Assembly (NCBI GenBank): GCA_001875425.1
Contig: MIYU01000012.1
Coordinates: 39,940-103,939 of the forward strand
Direction: 5' to 3'
DNA length: 64,000 bases
From: Marine Group III euryarchaeote CG-Bathy1
GTDB taxonomy: Archaea; Thermoplasmatota; Poseidoniia; MGIII; CG-Epi1
The notes beneath the pieces were generated by a model. That model saw nothing but the letters and a program-made list of their open reading frames with translations. It ran no database searches and was not told the DNA's origin. Numbering within the stretch: position 1 is the first letter of the stretch; the number at the start of each line of letters is the position of its first letter. This document shows positions 55,668 to 64,000 of this stretch, piece after piece. The translations under genes were made by a program, and so were the position numbers.

Positions 55668-58283
55668 GTGATTTATCGCGCAGCTGACAAAATGGTGAGG
55701 AGTTACACGACTCTAATTTTGAAATGGCCTGTAGCTACAATTTTGCTATTGTTATTAGTTACTTTAGCCATGATGAAACCTGCAATGACCTTTGAAAAGA
55801 ATATGACAAAGGACATTGAAGTATACTTACCAGATAATGACCCATCAGTAGATGTGTTACTAGAAGTTAGAGAATTTTGGGCCACGGATACGATAATAAT
55901 ATACGTTGAAACACCTAATGCTTTAGATAAGAATAATTCTGATCCTAAATTCAACGTTACATCTGTAAATATATTAAAACAGATAGATGCATTAGAAAGA
56001 GAGATTGACCCATTTGGACAATCTAAAGATCAAGAAAATTACCCTGCAGATGGAGGAGAAACTGATGGAATCATATTTACTTTATCTATATCTACCTTAA
56101 TCAAAGAATTCAATTCCACTAACACACGATTTGTTGAAGCGTTGGAAGATAAAACACTAGGTGGATTAACAATTACTAACGAAGAAGCCACCGGCACTTA
56201 TGCAATACCGGACGATCAAGATCGGATAGACACAATATATGACAATACTGAAGGAGCTTTGAGGAATTTTGCAAAGGACACTAATGATGATGGAATACTA
56301 GATACTGCAGCAATATTGTTTGGATTGAAATATGAAGGGGAAAATAATGATGAAGCTCAAAAAGTGATAATAGATAGAATTCAAGCACATTTAGATCGAA
56401 CTGAAGAATACCGAAATACGGAAATGAGTAAGACTGGATTAGTAATAGTTCTTCATGAAGTTACAGAAAGATTGTATAAAGATTTATTAGATATGATTCC
56501 ATTATCTATAGGAATAGTACTAGTGATGATGTTTTATTTTCATAGAAATGTATTATCTGTACCTATTGTTTTGATTCCGATATTTTGTGCATTAGTATGG
56601 ACTCTTGGACTAATCAAAATGAGTGGTGAAGTACTAACGCCGATGATAGTCGCAGCAGGACCTATCTTGATAGGAATAGGTGTTGACTATGGATTACATG
56701 TATCAAATAGAATAGTGGAATTTAAAGAACGAGAAGAGAATATAAAGTTTGAAGATGCAACGCACAAAGCAATGATGACTACTGGAAAAGCGACGCTGCT
56801 TTGTGCCGTAACCGACAGTATAGGATTTTCAGCTTTATTCATTTCACCAATAGCACCAATGAGAACTGTCGGATTGACGATGATTGTTGGAGTGTTGTGT
56901 GCATTTTTCCTTACGATAACAATGATGCCTGCTATAATGAGTTTGACAAATTATAAACGGCACCATCCAAAAGCGTGGAAAGGTGTAGCTGAAGCAACAA
57001 CTAGAGGTTGGAAAGTGATATTGGTTGTAGTGTTGATTGTGACTGCTTATTCCTTAGCACAGTTATCTGCAATGGATCAAGATATTAGAGGTGATGAATC
57101 TGCTCCTGAAGATGTAGAATCCATCAGAAGCTTGGCGAAATATTCAGACAATTTTGGTTCTGGTCAGACTGGGATAATTCTGATTGCAGGAAATATGGAT
57201 CGAGACAAACCTGTGGCTAAAGATATGGATACACTAGAAGTTATGAATAGTACACAAAATGAAATTAATAATATAACAAAAATAAATCGTAATTCAAATG
57301 AACAGATTAATGTATCGAGTTTCTCTATTGTTAATTTCTTCAAATCTGCACATATAAGCATACAAATGGGTGAAGACCCGAATGGAGATGCGATTATTTT
57401 TGAAGGAAGCTTCTGGGACTTTTTAACTAGTGATATTTTTGGTGATGATTTTAATAATTTAGATATAATAGACATAGTGTATGGAAGAGAAGCGTTCAGA
57501 CAAGATATGATAGACGTATTCTATGATTCGTTTACTGATGAGATGCGTGCGATGTTGTTAACGCCAGATTATCAAAAAGCCTTGATCTATACTAGTATGC
57601 CGTATGTCAACATAGATGATACTGCCCTAATAATTGAAGATACTAACTACATAACAAGTTATCACAACCTTCTACTTGAAGATGCTAAAATGTCAGAAAT
57701 GAGTGGGGGGCCGCCGATTAGTATAGCGATAAACGAAGGAATTCAAGATACCCAATACAAGACCATAATGCTCAGCTTAGCGTTAGTGTTGGCAACTATG
57801 ATTATAATATTTAGATCTGTCAAATTCGGAGTGGTGACTTTCTTACCTATTTTAATTGTGGTTCTTTGGTATCCGGCAACCGTATACAACGGAGGAACTA
57901 ACCTGAATATCTTCACTGCCATGGTGGGCACTATAATCATAGGAATTGGAATAGATAATTCGATACAAGTAACAGAAAGAGTGAGAGAAGAGGGGACTAA
58001 TCCTAAAGGAATAGAAACTGCAGTCGAAAATACTGGTCAATCTGTTGTTGAAGCTACATTTACAACGATGGGAGGAATATTAGCTGGTGTACTAATTGCA
58101 GTATTCAGTTCACAATTCGTTGGTCTTAAGAATTTCTTTATGCTTATTATAATTTTGATACTTTTCAGTCTGCTACTTGCAGTATTCGCATTACCAAGTT
58201 TCTATCATGGCCTATATCATCTAAGAAAAAACTACGAAGAAAAATTCAAGAACCTAAAGACAACATTGAAACAACGGCCTTGA
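55668..58283 (+). CDS. RND-superfamily (MMPL/SSD-type) exporter
   Basis: 871 aa. Two 6-TM bundles with GIGVDYGLHV and GIGIDNSIQV motifs, separated by large soluble loops. GTG start. Confidence 0.7.
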   Translation: MIYRAADKMVRSYTTLILKWPVATILLLLLVTLAMMKPAMTFEKNMTKDIEVYLPDNDPSVDVLLEVREFWATDTIIIYVETPNALDKNNSDPKFNVTSVNILKQIDALEREIDPFGQSKDQENYPADGGETDGIIFTLSISTLIKEFNSTNTRFVEALEDKTLGGLTITNEEATGTYAIPDDQDRIDTIYDNTEGALRNFAKDTNDDGILDTAAILFGLKYEGENNDEAQKVIIDRIQAHLDRTEEYRNTEMSKTGLVIVLHEVTERLYKDLLDMIPLSIGIVLVMMFYFHRNVLSVPIVLIPIFCALVWTLGLIKMSGEVLTPMIVAAGPILIGIGVDYGLHVSNRIVEFKEREENIKFEDATHKAMMTTGKATLLCAVTDSIGFSALFISPIAPMRTVGLTMIVGVLCAFFLTITMMPAIMSLTNYKRHHPKAWKGVAEATTRGWKVILVVVLIVTAYSLAQLSAMDQDIRGDESAPEDVESIRSLAKYSDNFGSGQTGIILIAGNMDRDKPVAKDMDTLEVMNSTQNEINNITKINRNSNEQINVSSFSIVNFFKSAHISIQMGEDPNGDAIIFEGSFWDFLTSDIFGDDFNNLDIIDIVYGREAFRQDMIDVFYDSFTDEMRAMLLTPDYQKALIYTSMPYVNIDDTALIIEDTNYITSYHNLLLEDAKMSEMSGGPPISIAINEGIQDTQYKTIMLSLALVLATMIIIFRSVKFGVVTFLPILIVVLWYPATVYNGGTNLNIFTAMVGTIIIGIGIDNSIQVTERVREEGTNPKGIETAVENTGQSVVEATFTTMGGILAGVLIAVFSSQFVGLKNFFMLIIILILFSLLLAVFALPSFYHGLYHLRKNYEEKFKNLKTTLKQRP

Positions 58284-58665
58284 CCGCGTTTCTTGCATAA
58301 GGAATTATGCGTTCTTCAATTTGATTATCATTTACACCTGGACCAATTATACCGATACCAATCGGTTTCATGAATTCCAATTGAAGAGATAAAATGGCAT
58401 TGACAACGGAATGCCCCATAATCTCACCATGCATAGTCTCACCTTTCTCTATGACTCCTAAAACAACTGCAGCATCTACTTCATCTAATTTTAAAAAGTG
58501 TTTGAGAGCTAGAGGTTTTTCCATTGAACCGGGAACCCAGCAAATATCAAATAATGAAAGATTGTGTTCTGCTAAAACTGAATCTGCTTCATTAATCATC
58601 TTTTCAACGGTTTCTTTGTGATATTCACCTGCTATGAATACTACGTTTTTACTCAATATTATCAC
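58246..58665 (-). CDS. ribH: 6,7-dimethyl-8-ribityllumazine synthase
   Basis: 139 aa. VPGSMEKPLALK and VVLGVIEKGETMHGEI resemble the lumazine synthase active-site loops. The 3' end overlaps the convergent RND gene by 38 nt. Confidence 0.8.
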   Translation of the reverse strand: MIILSKNVVFIAGEYHKETVEKMINEADSVLAEHNLSLFDICWVPGSMEKPLALKHFLKLDEVDAAVVLGVIEKGETMHGEIMGHSVVNAILSLQLEFMKPIGIGIIGPGVNDNQIEERIIPYARNAVKAVVSMLSLGS

Positions 58666-59275
58666 CTGTAGTAGATTGAGAATTCAATTGCGTGATTATT
58701 GATTTTGTTACCTGATCTATCTCAATATTAACGCTATCGCCTTCAGTTTTGGATAAAAGGGTGGTTGCACGTATTGTTTCTGGTATCAGATAAACTGTAA
58801 AAGTTCTCTCTTCTAAATTAACCTCACCCACTGTTAGACTTATGCCGTCAATAGCTATGTATCCTTTAGTAATAATAAAATTAGAAAACTCTTCTGGGAA
58901 TTTTATAGTCACGATACAATTATTCTCTGGAGTTTCTATTTTTGATATTTTAGCAGTACAATCTACATGTCCAGAAAGTAAATGGCCTCCGATTTCATCA
59001 CCAAATTTAGCAGCTCTTTCAAAATTGACTTTATCTCCTTTTTCTAAAGCAGCAAGAGTCGTACAACGGAGCGTTTCCATCATGACGTCAGTAACGGCAT
59101 AATCTTCACTAATTTTAGTTGTAGTAAGACAAACGCCATCTATGGAAATACTAGACCCGATTTTCAACCCCAATAACATCTCTTTGTTTAATTTGATTGA
59201 AACGGAATTCAGATTCTTATCTTCAACAATATTCTCTACAGTGGCAGTATGTTCTACTATACCCGTGAAAACCAT
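58649..59275 (-). CDS. ribE: riboflavin synthase, eubacterial/eukaryotic two-barrel type
   Basis: MVFTGIVE N-terminus. Internal duplication (GSSISIDGVCLTT and GYIAIDGISLTV). Confidence 0.9.
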   Translation of the reverse strand: MVFTGIVEHTATVENIVEDKNLNSVSIKLNKEMLLGLKIGSSISIDGVCLTTTKISEDYAVTDVMMETLRCTTLAALEKGDKVNFERAAKFGDEIGGHLLSGHVDCTAKISKIETPENNCIVTIKFPEEFSNFIITKGYIAIDGISLTVGEVNLEERTFTVYLIPETIRATTLLSKTEGDSVNIEIDQVTKSIITQLNSQSTTGDNIE

Positions 59276-59296
59276 TAGAAACTCCTCTTTTCAGAA

Positions 59297-59743
59297 TTAA
59301 TCTTGTTTTTGGTCGCGATGCATTCTAACAATCTTAGCCACGATTTTTCTAGAACCATCCAAATCATGTTCCATCTTAGGTAATCTAACAACTTTGGCCT
59401 CCAAACCCCGTTCTTTTAATTTCTCTTCCAACTCGGAGGTACGAAAAAGACGTTGATCGTAACCTAAAGCGACTATGTTTGGTTTCAAATCTTCCACGAC
59501 TATGTCTAACATATCGCCTGAACGGCCAATGACTGCTTCGTTCACTGGTTTGAGTTCGGAAATCAACTTGGCGCGAACTTCGGATGAAAGGACTGAATCT
59601 CCTTTCATTCGCTTGACTGTCTCGTCGTTCGCTACCACAACGAACAGTTCGTCCCCCAAATCTTTGGCTGCGCGAAGGAAATGGATGTGCCCTGGATGGA
59701 GTATATCGAATACTCCTGTTGCTAAAACTCGGATCTTTGCCAC
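59297..59743 (-). CDS. ribL: archaeal FAD synthetase RibL (cytidylyltransferase-like fold)
   Basis: VLATGVFDILHPGHIHFLRAAKDLGDELFVVVANDETV (a (H/T)xGH nucleotidyltransferase motif). 148 aa. Context within the riboflavin operon. Confidence 0.75.
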   Translation of the reverse strand: MAKIRVLATGVFDILHPGHIHFLRAAKDLGDELFVVVANDETVKRMKGDSVLSSEVRAKLISELKPVNEAVIGRSGDMLDIVVEDLKPNIVALGYDQRLFRTSELEEKLKERGLEAKVVRLPKMEHDLDGSRKIVAKIVRMHRDQKQD

Positions 59744-60444
59744 GCATCTTTAATCTCTTCACCCTCTAAAAAAACATAGCCCCGTTCTTTTGCTAGTTTT
59801 TGAGCCTCTTCTGGTCCAAGTGCACTACCGGTATCGGATAATATTTCACAACCCACGGCGACCGGTGCTAAATTTCCTAATTTCATAAGTGAAACTATGA
59901 GTTCAGTGTGGCCTTCTCGTCCATTTAGATAATTTTCATTCGCAATACATATTGGAACGTGACCTGGGGTTCTGAAATTGGAACTGAAACTGTCACTAAT
60001 TTTATCAGATGAAGAATTGGAAACTAAATTTGAGAATTGTGAAACAGTTAACGCTCTATCGTTATCGGTTATTCCCGTATATGTATCATTGTGATTAATT
60101 GAAATTGAAAAGGATGAGTTTGTATCGTAAGGTATCTTGTGCTTCATTAAATTTGAAAGAATTGGATATTTTTCAGATGCAACGGTAAAAGAATGTTCTA
60201 GAAACGGAAGACCGAAAGCGTTTGCAGATTCGAAATTGACTGCAATGAATATCAGACCTCCGCCGTTCTTCCGTAGAAAACGGATATTTTCTGGAAGAAC
60301 TGTAGTACCTGAGAAGAAAAAATCCGTTTCACCCTCTCTATTAGCATTGTCGAAAATCATAATCGGTTGGCCGGCAGCTAAAGCCTCTGTAGCCTGATCT
60401 AATCTACTAATTTTGGAATCTAACTCTGATGAAGGATTGAGCAC
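59722..60444 (-). CDS. ribB: 3,4-dihydroxy-2-butanone 4-phosphate synthase
   Basis: ALAAGQPIMIFDNANREGETDFFF, RTPGHVPI and GHTELIVSL motifs. GTG start. Confidence 0.9.
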   Translation of the reverse strand: MLNPSSELDSKISRLDQATEALAAGQPIMIFDNANREGETDFFFSGTTVLPENIRFLRKNGGGLIFIAVNFESANAFGLPFLEHSFTVASEKYPILSNLMKHKIPYDTNSSFSISINHNDTYTGITDNDRALTVSQFSNLVSNSSSDKISDSFSSNFRTPGHVPICIANENYLNGREGHTELIVSLMKLGNLAPVAVGCEILSDTGSALGPEEAQKLAKERGYVFLEGEEIKDAWQRSEF

Positions 60445-60466
60445 ATATGAATGATTTTAACGATAC

Positions 60467-60476
60467 TTATAATATT
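60467..60476 (-). promoter_or_regulatory. probable TATA box of the riboflavin operon
   Basis: The minus strand reads AATATTATAA, centred about 27 nt upstream of the ribB GTG (60444). This would give a leaderless or near-leaderless transcript. Confidence 0.4.
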
Positions 60477-60483
60477 TTAGTAG

Positions 60484-60501
60484 CTACTCATTAATGAGTA
60501 G
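60484..60501. promoter_or_regulatory. perfect 18-nt palindrome CTACTCATT|AATGAGTAG
   Basis: Read directly. It sits 6 nt beyond the cupin stop codon and immediately upstream of the putative ribB TATA box. Confidence 0.5.
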
Positions 60502-60507
60502 AAGATA

Positions 60508-60867
60508 CTATATCCAAACATCATTGGAGGCCGTCAAATCACCTTCTGTATTACCTGTATTCACAACACCGCGAGGTTCAACGAGTAATACTTTACACTC
60601 GTTTTCAGCATGAGGCTTATGTTGAATTCCCTTCGGAACCACATACATATCTCCTTCATTCAATTCTACAGTTTCATCCTCGAACTCAATTACCATTTTA
60701 CCCTCTAGTACGATAAAGACTTCGTCAGTATCTGCATGATCATGCCAAACAAAATCACCTTTAATCTTGACTAATTTGAATTGATAATCATTCATCTCTG
60801 CGATTATTTTTGGAGTCCAATGTTCAGAAAATTTGGATAATTTCTCCTTCAAATTGATTTTAGTCAT
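60508..60867 (-). CDS. cupin-domain protein
   Basis: 119 aa. GDFVWHDHADTDEVFIVLEG...VPKGIQHKPHA is the classic two-motif cupin signature. Confidence 0.8.
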   Translation of the reverse strand: MTKINLKEKLSKFSEHWTPKIIAEMNDYQFKLVKIKGDFVWHDHADTDEVFIVLEGKMVIEFEDETVELNEGDMYVVPKGIQHKPHAENECKVLLVEPRGVVNTGNTEGDLTASNDVWI

Positions 60868-60890
60868 AAAAAAGGAAAATGTAGCTAATA

Positions 60891-61445
60891 TTAGATGATG
60901 TCGTAGTAGGCAACATCGAGATTTACTCGGTTGTCACCCGCTAGATGATTGAGATACCTAACACAAGATAAATCACCTTTTGCAAGGTAATAGATGAATA
61001 AAGAATTCTTTTCGCGTGGCCCTATGATAGGTTCTGAATCGGGCAACTTTACAATATCGAAACCACCCCATTCAATATTCCAAGAATCGGTAAAATCGTA
61101 TTTTATCAACAGTCTTGCTGGGCTTTCTTCTTCCTCGTGTAGAAGCGTGTAGCTTCCTGGAGTATATGATTGATGTAACGATTTTGAATATTTTAAAGAT
61201 TGAGAAGTTATTTTTTCTAACCAAGATATCAAACGTTTATCTGACCAGATATTTTCTAACACTGCAGGTGCAGAATGGTAGGAATGATACCCATGCCGTA
61301 CGTCTTCTGATGTTTTAGATGGACGATCTGGAATTGAAACTAAAAAATCCTTTAGCTCTAGGTTTTTTATTTCGCTTTGTTCGAATTGTGATTTGATTTG
61401 GATGATTGAATCATCATCTAGATACAGGTGATTTATCTTATCCAT
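60891..61445 (-). CDS. Ofd1/Tpa1 C-terminal degenerate-DSBH-domain-like protein
   Basis: 184 aa. PGSYTLLHEEEESPARLLIKYDFTDSWNIEWGGFDIV has the layout of a double-stranded beta-helix with the HxD iron motif degenerated (HEE). An 8-nt overlap (ATGGATAA) joins it to the upstream oxygenase ORF. Confidence 0.45.
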   Translation of the reverse strand: MDKINHLYLDDDSIIQIKSQFEQSEIKNLELKDFLVSIPDRPSKTSEDVRHGYHSYHSAPAVLENIWSDKRLISWLEKITSQSLKYSKSLHQSYTPGSYTLLHEEEESPARLLIKYDFTDSWNIEWGGFDIVKLPDSEPIIGPREKNSLFIYYLAKGDLSCVRYLNHLAGDNRVNLDVAYYDII

Positions 61446-62016
61446 GATACCATCCTGTTAGAGAGAATCTCTGAACATCTGAAAGAATTTCCGAGACTTG
61501 GTGCCACGATTCTGGTGTAACTTTGAAGATTACAATTGAATTAAACTTCGGCACTACTTGTTTGACTATTTCTTTAGCTTCGCCCTCAGTATTAGAAGAG
61601 AAAAAATCAAAAGACCCTCCATCAGAAAGTGTCATATTTGGAGTGAGATGAAGACTGTATGCCAATAATCTACTATCTAATTCATCGTCATGAGGAAGCA
61701 AAAAATCCCCATTCATGTAAACGTATGCAGCCATATCTACATTACCGGAAAGAGAAACGTCGAAAAGAGATTCTAATTTACGAATCCACGCCTTAGAACA
61801 CAACGAATCGTACAAAGATTTTATGTCTGGATTATCTGAAATGGATAAATTATTGGACGCTGAATAACTGAAAAGATCTGATTCTGTAGGAATGAATTCT
61901 TGTTCAGCTAGAGCCTCCAATGAAAGAGATGCTTGATCTAAATCTAAGAAATTATGAATAACTGTGTGATGAAAAGGAGAGTCTAATACTTTCAAAGCGA
62001 GATTAGGATTTATCAT
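61438..62016 (-). CDS. 2-oxoglutarate/Fe(II)-dependent oxygenase, OGFOD1/Tpa1/Ofd1-like catalytic domain
   Basis: LLPHDDELDSRLLAYSLHL (HxD), SIVIFKVTPESWHQVSEI (distal His), and RFSLTGWYHG (the 2OG-binding Arg-x-Ser). Confidence 0.7.
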   Translation of the reverse strand: MINPNLALKVLDSPFHHTVIHNFLDLDQASLSLEALAEQEFIPTESDLFSYSASNNLSISDNPDIKSLYDSLCSKAWIRKLESLFDVSLSGNVDMAAYVYMNGDFLLPHDDELDSRLLAYSLHLTPNMTLSDGGSFDFFSSNTEGEAKEIVKQVVPKFNSIVIFKVTPESWHQVSEILSDVQRFSLTGWYHG

Positions 62017-62920
62017 TGAATCTCCTCAACCAATCAAGCATACCGTGTACTGAAACTATGTGAGTAGCGACCCGTTCACTACCAAAATTGAATTGAATAG
62101 GGTGATCTGAACGTTGAGATTCAACTAAAGCATCCCTTTCATTTAGGAGTACTTCTAAAATTTCTTCAGGACTGGAATTATTTGTGACGCCTTTACGCAC
62201 AATATCCATCCATGCATTGAATTCTTCTTCAACTTGAACTAAAGCACCCTTACATTCTCTAGGTCCGAAATGAGTATAGTTTAACCATTCCAAATCGAGC
62301 TCTTTCGTTATGGCGATAGATTCCAAAGCTAAGTCGTGATCATACCTAGGTGGTGTTACTGGAAAAGCTCTTTTGAGATTTTTATACCACAATCCTAATG
62401 AATCTCCAACAAAGGCAGTTTTTCCTCTAACCCATGTAATATGGTGAGATGCATGACCTGGGGTGAAAATGGCCTTTAGTTTTGTAGCACCTAGATCTAT
62501 CTCATCGCCGTTTGAAACGGAAAAAACTCTTTCTGAATCGATGGGCGTTGGTTTTCCATATAAATCTGCAATTTTTCCTAGTACTTTCTGACTTCCAGAC
62601 CATAGTACTTCAGGATTAATCACATGAGGTAGAGCTCTAGGATGTACTAATGCTTCTGCATTCTTACAAACATTCATTAGGTGACCTCCGCCACCAAAAT
62701 GATCTAAATGAATATGAGTGGGGATGATATACGAAACATCATTCGGACTTATGTTTAAAGTTGAAAGGGCATCTAAAAGGCGAGCATGGCCGCTCGCTGG
62801 GCCGGTTTCTATAATGCTTATTTTCTCGTCAATCACTACGTATATTGAAATAAATTCTTTCAAGCCATTTGCTTCTAAATCGAACCAAAAAATGGAATCG
62901 CCTTGTTGATGTAATTCCAT
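62003..62920 (-). CDS. MBL-fold metallo-hydrolase
   Basis: THIHLDHFGGGGH (HxHxDH), TPGHASHH, and a downstream Asp/His. A 14-nt overlap joins it to the oxygenase ORF. Confidence 0.85.
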   Translation of the reverse strand: MELHQQGDSIFWFDLEANGLKEFISIYVVIDEKISIIETGPASGHARLLDALSTLNISPNDVSYIIPTHIHLDHFGGGGHLMNVCKNAEALVHPRALPHVINPEVLWSGSQKVLGKIADLYGKPTPIDSERVFSVSNGDEIDLGATKLKAIFTPGHASHHITWVRGKTAFVGDSLGLWYKNLKRAFPVTPPRYDHDLALESIAITKELDLEWLNYTHFGPRECKGALVQVEEEFNAWMDIVRKGVTNNSSPEEILEVLLNERDALVESQRSDHPIQFNFGSERVATHIVSVHGMLDWLRRFNDKS

Positions 62921-62980
62921 AATAATAACGTAATGAACATACTTCTTAAACCCACGTGCGAATAGCAGGTCCCGTTGGTA

Positions 62981-64000
62981 ATGAAATTTGTCATTGTGAC
63001 TGGCGGAGTTTTATCCGGATTAGGCAAGGGCGTGACCGCCTCATCCTCAGGACTTCTTCTACAGAGAGCGGGTTTTGCAGTTACTGCAGTTAAGATTGAT
63101 CCTTATCTAAACATAGATGCGGGAACTATGAATCCATATGAACATGGTGAAGTTTTCGTAATGAGTGATGGTGCGGAAGTTGATTTAGATTTAGGTAATT
63201 ATGAAAGATTTCTTGGAGCTGACTTAAAATCGAAGCATAACATAACCACTGGTAAAGTATACAAATCTGTTATTGAAAAGGAACGTAAAGGAGATTACCT
63301 TGGACAGACTGTACAGATTATACCACATATAGTAAACGAAATTGTAGGAGAAGTGGAGAGTGCAGCAGAAGAAGCTGGAGCTGAAATCTGTATTGTGGAA
63401 TTAGGCGGTACTGTTGGTGATATAGAATCTATGCCTTTCTTAGAAGCTGTAAGGCAATTAACTAGAAAATGGGGGAGAGATAATGTAATGACGATTCATA
63501 CAACGCTTGTTCCTGTTGTTGGGGTTGTTGGAGAACAGAAAACTAAACCGACACAGCATTCGATTAAAGAATTACAGAGCTTAGGAATAAGGCCTGATGT
63601 TGTAGTAGCACGTAGTACGGAAAAACTTGAAGAGGATATAGCAGGCAAAATTGCATTTTTCGCTGATATACCTAAAGAAGCCGTAATTTCTGCACCTGAT
63701 GCTGATTCGATTTATCATGTTCCTATGATGTTTGTGAAACAGAAATTGCCTGAAATAATTATGAAGCGCCTTAAGCTGAAGAAAAATAAACCTGAGATGA
63801 AAGAATGGACGGATTTTGCTAATCGTGTGAATAAAGGAAATAAAGAGGTTGAAATAGCAATAATTGGAAAATATACTCACCTAAAGGACTCATATATATC
63901 TCATGAAGAGACTTTGCGATACGCGGGAGCCCTAAGAGATTGTAAAGTTAAGATAAGATGGATTGAAGCTCCGAATATGGAAGAAAGTGGAAATACCGAA
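62981..64000 (+). CDS. pyrG: CTP synthase, N-terminal 340 codons (runs off the window end)
   Basis: MKFVIVTGGVLSGLGKGVTASS..., DPYLNIDAGTMNPYEHGEVFV, GGTVGDIESMPFLEA. The frame stays open to position 64000. It is not in the ORF track because no stop is present. Confidence 0.95.
   Translation, partial: MKFVIVTGGVLSGLGKGVTASSSGLLLQRAGFAVTAVKIDPYLNIDAGTMNPYEHGEVFVMSDGAEVDLDLGNYERFLGADLKSKHNITTGKVYKSVIEKERKGDYLGQTVQIIPHIVNEIVGEVESAAEEAGAEICIVELGGTVGDIESMPFLEAVRQLTRKWGRDNVMTIHTTLVPVVGVVGEQKTKPTQHSIKELQSLGIRPDVVVARSTEKLEEDIAGKIAFFADIPKEAVISAPDADSIYHVPMMFVKQKLPEIIMKRLKLKKNKPEMKEWTDFANRVNKGNKEVEIAIIGKYTHLKDSYISHEETLRYAGALRDCKVKIRWIEAPNMEESGNTE

Noticed and set aside
59385-59762. 125-aa (minus) and 92-aa (plus, 59475..59753) ORFs overlapping ribL
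   Set aside because: Their translations are Arg/Ser-rich and motif-free, and they lie in alternative frames of a clearly recognisable RibL gene. They are a by-product of the local GC enrichment, which is reported as a finding instead.
63581-63880. 99-aa minus-strand ORF
   Set aside because: It is antisense to the unmistakable CTP synthase reading frame, which continues to the window end.
1-64000. Search for CRISPR arrays, IS elements or transposases, integrases, prophage blocks, rRNA, and C/D-box or other sRNAs in the spacers
   Set aside because: I saw no regularly spaced repeats, no terminal inverted repeats flanking an ORF, and no transposase or integrase motifs. I found no convincing RUGAUGA...CUGA box pairs in the short intergenic gaps. 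RusA is the only gene with a mobile-element flavour.

Overview
This is a 64-kb piece of an AT-rich, very compact archaeal chromosome. I call about 70 protein genes and 3 tRNAs. I found no rRNA, CRISPR array, transposase, integrase or prophage block. Archaeal identity rests on proteasome alpha, exosome Rrp4/Rrp41/Rrp42, RpoP, Pcc1, TFB, Pelota, NAC, TiaS, archease and RibL. It also rests on an initiator tRNA with an A1:U72 pair and a tRNA-Tyr with a C1:G72 pair and a bulge-helix-bulge intron. The gene content resembles a planktonic heterotrophic Thermoplasmatota (MGII-like) lineage: two crotonases, an acyl-CoA dehydrogenase, PntAB, a mitochondrial-type aconitase, very large secreted peptidases and sequon-dense surface proteins. 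That taxonomic placement is inference only. Most of the window is housekeeping: the proteasome/exosome superoperon at 3.5-9.1 kb, pyrimidine, purine and folate genes, a riboflavin operon and nucleotide-sugar genes. The items most worth a second look are listed here. (1) A minus-strand operon at 60.5-62.9 kb encodes an OGFOD1/Tpa1/Ofd1-like 2OG oxygenase split into two overlapping ORFs, flanked by an MBL hydrolase and a cupin. (2) A MORN-repeat::2x[4Fe-4S] ferredoxin fusion lies between two geranylgeranyl-reductase-family flavoproteins, with a perfect palindrome centred in the divergent promoter. (3) A tRNA-maturation cluster (initiator tRNA, archease, two unknown ORFs, TiaS) sits on one strand. 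(4) A 2039-aa subtilase-like surface protein has Glu where the catalytic Asp is expected, a duplicated module inserted in the catalytic domain, a CBM20-like segment and a tandem Ig-like array. (5) Two tandem membrane-protein paralogs share a perfectly identical 74-nt 5' block. (6) A phage-type RusA resolvase gene sits directly upstream of folD. (7) The ribL gene forms a roughly 450-bp GC-rich island. All functional calls come from motif recognition by eye; no database search was run.
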